From the NCBI GenBank assembly GCA_050247155.1, contig JBFWUS010000021.1, positions 3,666-67,665 on the forward strand: a stretch of DNA of 64,000 nt. Reading direction: 5' to 3'. The notes below the pieces were generated by a model. The model was not told the DNA's origin. It made no database searches and was given only the letters and a program-made list of their open reading frames with translations. Positions within the stretch are counted from its first letter, which is position 1. Every line of letters starts with the position of its first letter. This document shows, piece after piece, positions 61,213 through 64,000 of this stretch. This DNA is from Rhizobiaceae bacterium. Its GTDB lineage: Bacteria; Pseudomonadota; Alphaproteobacteria; Rhizobiales; Rhizobiaceae. Made by a program: the position numbers and the translations under genes.

Positions 61213-61399
61213 CCGCCCTTGGCTCCCGTTCCGGCCGGCCCCGCTGCGCGGGCCGCGTACTGATGAGTTATCGCCCCGTATCCTGCATCCCCTGCAGAAG
61301 CCGGTCAATTCATTGGTGGTCTAGGTCTTTTGCCAACCCCTTGCAACTCCTATAAGAGCGCCTCCAGTGAGACCTTTTGACACTTTTTTGTTCACCTGA

Positions 61400-62125
61400 A
61401 TGTCTACCCTGATACTGATCCCGGCCCGCATGGCCTCGACCCGCCTGCCGGGCAAGCCGCTTGCCGACATCGCCGGCAAGCCGATGATCGTCCAGGTCGC
61501 CGCGCGCGCCGTCGAAAGCGGCCTCGGTCGGGTTGTGGTCGCGACCGACACCGATGCGGTGGCGGAGGCCGTTCGTGGCTACGGTTTCGAGGCCGTCATG
61601 ACCCGGATCGATCACGCCTCCGGCTCCGACCGCATCTTCGAGGCGCTGCAGACACTCGATCCTCAAGGCAAGGTGGAAACCATCGTCAATGTGCAGGGTG
61701 ACCTACCAACCGTCGACCCGGCCACGGTGCAGGCCGCGCTCAGGCCATTTGACAATCCTGCTGTGGATATTGCCACGCTCGGCGTGGAAATCGTCCGCCA
61801 CGAAGAAAAGACAAACCCCAACGTGGTGAAGATCGTCGGCTCGCCGCTATCGCAAAGCCGCCTCCGTGCCCTCTACTTCACCCGCGCGACGGCGCCCTGG
61901 GGCGAAGGTGCTCTCTATCATCACATCGGCCTCTACGCTTATCGGCGCAGCGCTCTGGAGCGCTTCGTGGCGCTCAAACCATCGCCCCTCGAAATCCGCG
62001 AGCGCCTCGAACAATTGCGCGCGCTGGAAGCCGGCATGCGCATCGACGCCGAAATCGTCTCTACCGTGCCGCTCGGCGTCGACACGCCGGAAGACCTCGA
62101 GCGGGCCCGCGAACTATTATCCTGA
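61400..62125 (+). CDS. kdsB: CMP-Kdo synthetase
   Basis: [40 protein letters not shown]. Confidence 0.96.
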   Translation: MSTLILIPARMASTRLPGKPLADIAGKPMIVQVAARAVESGLGRVVVATDTDAVAEAVRGYGFEAVMTRIDHASGSDRIFEALQTLDPQGKVETIVNVQGDLPTVDPATVQAALRPFDNPAVDIATLGVEIVRHEEKTNPNVVKIVGSPLSQSRLRALYFTRATAPWGEGALYHHIGLYAYRRSALERFVALKPSPLEIRERLEQLRALEAGMRIDAEIVSTVPLGVDTPEDLERARELLS

Positions 62126-62134
62126 AAGGCTAAA

Positions 62135-63001
62135 ATGTCCCCAGCACCGACCAACAAGATCTCTTTCCAGGGCGAGCCCGGCGCGAACTCCGACACGGCC
62201 TGCCGCAACATGTTTCCAGATATGCAGCCGCTGCCGTGCCCGACCTTCGAGGATGCCTTCAACGCCGTCGAGACCGGCAAGGCTGACCTCGCCATGATCC
62301 CCATCGAAAACACGATCGCTGGGCGCGTCGCCGACATCCACCACCTTCTGCCGGAATCGCGCCTGCACATCATCGGCGAATATTTCCTGCCGGTCCATTT
62401 CTACCTGATGGTGCAGCCGGGCATGAAGCGAACCGACATCAAGACGGTGCACAGCCACATCCACGCACTCGGCCAATGCCGCAAATACATCCGCAGGAAC
62501 GGCTGGAAGCCGATGGTCGCCGGCGACACGGCGGGAGCGGCCAAGCTGGTGTCGGAAAAGGGCGACGGCAGCATGGCCGCGCTGTCGCCGCCGCTGGCGG
62601 CAAAACTCTACAATCTCGATGTGCTCGAGGAGAACGTCGAAGACACCGAATCCAACATCACGCGTTTCGTGGTGCTGACGAAGTCAAAAACATGGGTCGA
62701 GCGCGCGACGCCCGATACGGCGATGATGACGACCTTCATGTTCCGGGTGCGCAACGTGCCGGCGGCGCTCTACAAGGCGATGGGCGGTTTCGCCACCAAC
62801 GGCGTCAACATGACCAAGCTGGAAAGCTATCAGCTCGGGGCCTTCACGGCGACGCTGTTCTACGCAGACATCGAAGGTCATCCGGATGATCAGGGCGTCA
62901 AGAATGCCTTGGAGGAGTTGCGCTTTTTCTCCAAGGAAGTGCGCATTCTCGGCGTTTATCCGAAGAGCGATCAGCGCGACGAGTGGAAAGTATCGGATTA
63001 G
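62135..63001 (+). CDS. pheA: Prephenate dehydratase
   Basis: QGEPGANS, PIENTIAG, NITRF, ACT domain NMTKLESY. Confidence 0.93.
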   Translation: MSPAPTNKISFQGEPGANSDTACRNMFPDMQPLPCPTFEDAFNAVETGKADLAMIPIENTIAGRVADIHHLLPESRLHIIGEYFLPVHFYLMVQPGMKRTDIKTVHSHIHALGQCRKYIRRNGWKPMVAGDTAGAAKLVSEKGDGSMAALSPPLAAKLYNLDVLEENVEDTESNITRFVVLTKSKTWVERATPDTAMMTTFMFRVRNVPAALYKAMGGFATNGVNMTKLESYQLGAFTATLFYADIEGHPDDQGVKNALEELRFFSKEVRILGVYPKSDQRDEWKVSD

Positions 63002-63021
63002 AGCGTCGGGCGCCGAGGAGT

Positions 63022-63043
63022 GCAGCGGCTTCGCCGCTGTTGT
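63022..63043 (+). terminator. Possible terminator after pheA
   Basis: CAGCGGC-TTC-GCCGCTG followed by TTGT. Confidence 0.45.
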
Positions 63044-63114
63044 ACCCTGCTTTGCCGGGTAATAAGGAATGCCAAACGGATTTACCGAGTTTGGCCGATC
63101 TAACGACAGATTTC

Positions 63115-64000
63115 GTGCGCCCCCGTCTCGCTGTGCGGGCGGTGGCTATCAGCCTGATATTGGCGTTCGCCTTGGTCGTCGTTCTGGGAGAGCTTCACGT
63201 GTCGGGTTCGGTTTTGCCCGTCCAGCAGCGCCCGCCGACGCCGATCGTCCGGTTCGGGCTGATTCTCTGGTGTCTGCTCTGGTTCGCAGGTCTTGCCGCC
63301 TTCGTGCTGGCGCTCTCCGCGCGTGTCGTCTTCTCGCTCACGACCACCATCTTGGTTGCACTAGCCATTCTCGCGCTGTCGATCGCGAAGTTCAGCTATC
63401 TCAACCAGAAGCTCATGTTCATCGACCTCTACTATAGTCTGCGCGATTGGTCGGAGTTCGAATTCCTCTTCGAACACTACGGCGAGCTCGTTATTGGCGC
63501 CGCGCTGTTTTTGGGCCTGGGGCTGCTTCTGCTCGGCATGGTATGGCGTCGCGAGCGGCCCTTATCTGGGATCCGCGCCAAAGCGGCGATGGGGACCGCG
63601 CTTGCTGCTCTTTCCGTCGGCATGGTGGACGCCCATGTCATGCCAACCGGTTACAAGTCGAACGCCTTCTGGCGTGCGCAGCGGGACGAACGCTTCTTTT
63701 CCGATCTGTTCCTGTCGGCGCAATTCCTGTCGCAGATGTTGAGCGCGCCGCTCGACATCCCGCATGCCGCCAACCCCGATCCGACGCTGGAGGCCGATCT
63801 TATCCGCATGCAGGCTGCGCAGCCGTCCGCCGGGGCGACCAAGCCGCCGCATATCATCGCCATCCTTCATGAATCATCCGTCGATCCCGCCATCTACTTC
63901 GATTGCCCCCGCTACGCCGTTCCGTCGTCGTTCTTCGCCTCGGGCGATGCCGTCCGGCGCAGACTGATCGTCAACACCTATGGCGGCGGCACCTGGATGA
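63115..64000 (+). CDS. LTA-synthase/sulfatase-like membrane protein (RkpI-like), truncated by the window end; absent from the ORF track
   Basis: My translation from GTG 63115 (TTG 63091 also possible) is open to the end: several TM helices, then KPPHIIAILHESSVDP and LIVNTYGGGTWM. Confidence 0.75.
   Translation, partial: MRPRLAVRAVAISLILAFALVVVLGELHVSGSVLPVQQRPPTPIVRFGLILWCLLWFAGLAAFVLALSARVVFSLTTTILVALAILALSIAKFSYLNQKLMFIDLYYSLRDWSEFEFLFEHYGELVIGAALFLGLGLLLLGMVWRRERPLSGIRAKAAMGTALAALSVGMVDAHVMPTGYKSNAFWRAQRDERFFSDLFLSAQFLSQMLSAPLDIPHAANPDPTLEADLIRMQAAQPSAGATKPPHIIAILHESSVDPAIYFDCPRYAVPSSFFASGDAVRRRLIVNTYGGGTWM

Noticed and set aside
63069-63437. ORF 63069..63437 and a possible frameshift in the sulfatase-like gene
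   Set aside because: AAGGA abuts the ATG with almost no spacer, the peptide is low-complexity, and the +1 frame is open with its own TTG/GTG starts.

Overview
High-GC alphaproteobacterial chromosome segment (Rhizobiales; gene order and proteins suggest Phyllobacteriaceae, Mesorhizobium-like), mostly core genome. It holds the eipA-chpT-ctrA-fliJ-sciP-mnmA cell-cycle cluster, a dipeptide ABC operon with two dppA paralogues, fadD, pgi, lspA, pobA-pcaDCHGB, argB, the yejA-yejA-B-E-F peptide ABC operon, cycM, kdsB, pheA and a sulfatase/LTA-synthase-like gene truncated by the window end. Small insertions are scattered through it: a HEPN-motif gene between the dppA paralogues, two toxin-antitoxin pairs (one inside the yej operon) and five palindromic intergenic elements. 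The most unusual signals: (1) a 274-bp branched palindrome with complementary hairpin loops and a compensatory base-pair change; (2) a 63-aa twin-arginine mini-protein coupled to two signal-less GMC flavoenzymes; (3) short ORFs that cross the repeats in the yej operon from one gene's stop codon to the next gene's start codon; (4) a VUT-like membrane domain fused to a GGDEF domain. I saw no rRNA, tRNA, CRISPR array, integrase or transposase. Family assignments come from motif recognition by eye, not from database searches.
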